45,366 nucleotides of DNA. It comes from a virus. Taxonomy: Duplodnaviria > Caudoviricetes. Below the pieces are notes generated by a model that worked only from the letters and a program-made list of their open reading frames with translations, did no database searches and had not been told where the DNA came from. Positions 44,509 to 45,366 of this stretch are shown piece by piece (within the stretch, counting starts at the first letter, position 1; every line of letters starts with the position of its first letter). The stretch is from positions 1-45,366 of IMG/VR virus record IMGVR_UViG_3300039916_000023; one strand, given 5' to 3'. Position numbers and translations under genes: made by a program.

Positions 44509-45366
44509 ATGGCCGCAAACTCCTCATCCACCACCGTTGATCTGTCGCGCCTGTCCGCCCCGGTCATCGTCGAACAAAAGGCGTATGAGACCATCGTCGC
44601 CGAAATGGTGGCGCAGGTTCGGGCGTTGTTGCCGAGCTTCGATGCGACTGTCGATAGCGACCCGGCGGTCAAGGTCTTGCAGGTCGCAGCATACCGCGAG
44701 CTGCTGATCCGCAAGGAATTTCAGGATGGTGGCGAACAGCTCATGGTCGCATTTGCGACCGATGAACGCCTCGACCATCTGGGCGCGCTCGTCGGCGTCG
44801 CACGCCTGCTCGTCGCGCCGGCCAGCGCCGCCACGGGTGCGGCCGCGATTTACGAAGATGATGATATCTATCGGCAGCGCATCGTGCTGGCACCCGAGGG
44901 ATTCTCCGTCGCAGGGCCGGAACTCGCCTATGTGAAACACGCCAAGGATGCGAGCGGTGACGTGACCGACGCGAGCGCGACCTCGCCCGCACCGGGCGAG
45001 GTCCTGGTGTCCATCCTGTCAACTGCCGGCGACGGCACCGCGCCCGCTTCGCTGCTGGACACAGTCGCGGCGATCGTCACCCATCCGGCAATCCGTCCGC
45101 TCGGCGACCGCGTCACCGTCGCGTCGGCCAGCATCATCCGCTTTGCGATCGTCGCCAGCCTGGTCACCTTTGCTGGTCCTGATACCTCGCTGGTCCTTGC
45201 CACGGCACGCGGCAAGCTCGAAGCGTATCTGGCGTTCAATAGGAAGCTCGGCCGCGAGATCACCACGTCGGGTATCATCGCGGCGCTGACGGTCGAGGGT
45301 GGCGGCGTGCCGCTTGTAGGTGCAATTTCACGCTGCGGACTAGGCCTGCGCTATGCCAGCGAATAG
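44509..45366 (+). CDS. Baseplate J-like protein (P2 gpJ), C-terminus probably replaced
   Basis: VDLSRL.AP, P.VK.L...AYRE, EG.SVAGP..AY, RPLGDRV.V; gpJ-like sequence stops at ALTVEG (~45300). Confidence 0.9.
   Translation: MAANSSSTTVDLSRLSAPVIVEQKAYETIVAEMVAQVRALLPSFDATVDSDPAVKVLQVAAYRELLIRKEFQDGGEQLMVAFATDERLDHLGALVGVARLLVAPASAATGAAAIYEDDDIYRQRIVLAPEGFSVAGPELAYVKHAKDASGDVTDASATSPAPGEVLVSILSTAGDGTAPASLLDTVAAIVTHPAIRPLGDRVTVASASIIRFAIVASLVTFAGPDTSLVLATARGKLEAYLAFNRKLGREITTSGIIAALTVEGGGVPLVGAISRCGLGLRYASE

Larger units (their letters stand above)
29553..45366. mobile_element. P2-like prophage (left part; att next to cos, phiCTX-like layout), probably damaged at gpJ
   Basis: P2-type cos, divergent Q-P / O-N-M-L-X operons, lysis cassette, R, S, J; left boundary inferred from tRNA 3' end. 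Confidence 0.88.

Noticed and set aside
1-45366. CRISPR arrays, rRNA, intact IS transposases
   Set aside because: None seen in the sequence or the ORF track

Overview
GC-rich alphaproteobacterial (probably sphingomonad) chromosome segment made almost entirely of two adjacent mobile elements at one tRNA-Arg(CCT) locus. After a host SWIB-domain gene, the host tRNA-Arg(CCT) is split at its anticodon loop (5' half 445-483, 3' half ending at 29552; 11-bp direct repeat CGGTTTCCTAA). The insert is a ~29-kb tyrosine-integrase island that does not rebuild the gene but carries its own intact, divergent tRNA-Arg(CCT) (652-728, minus). The island is a defence island. It holds a Type I R-M operon whose HsdS has a ~210-aa C-terminal extension, a ShosTA-like HAD-PRTase/DprA pair, a serine resolvase, a DUF262 + HEPN pair, a LexA-boxed micro-protein operon and many membrane proteins. 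It also has a ~700-nt non-coding region (about 22320-23005) with nested local and long-range helices whose mismatches read as G.U only on the minus strand, a candidate large structured ncRNA. From about 29553 a P2-like prophage follows: ori-like inverted repeat, cargo genes, cos, DNA adenine methylase, then Q-P / O-N-M-L-X, lysis genes, R-S and a truncated J. Its cos-proximal cargo includes a coupled gene pair in which a 1-TM micro-protein's C-terminus and its partner's N-terminus share an amyloid-signalling-like motif, plus a lone HEPN-like gene between two cos-like copies. All family assignments come from motif recognition by eye; no searches were run.
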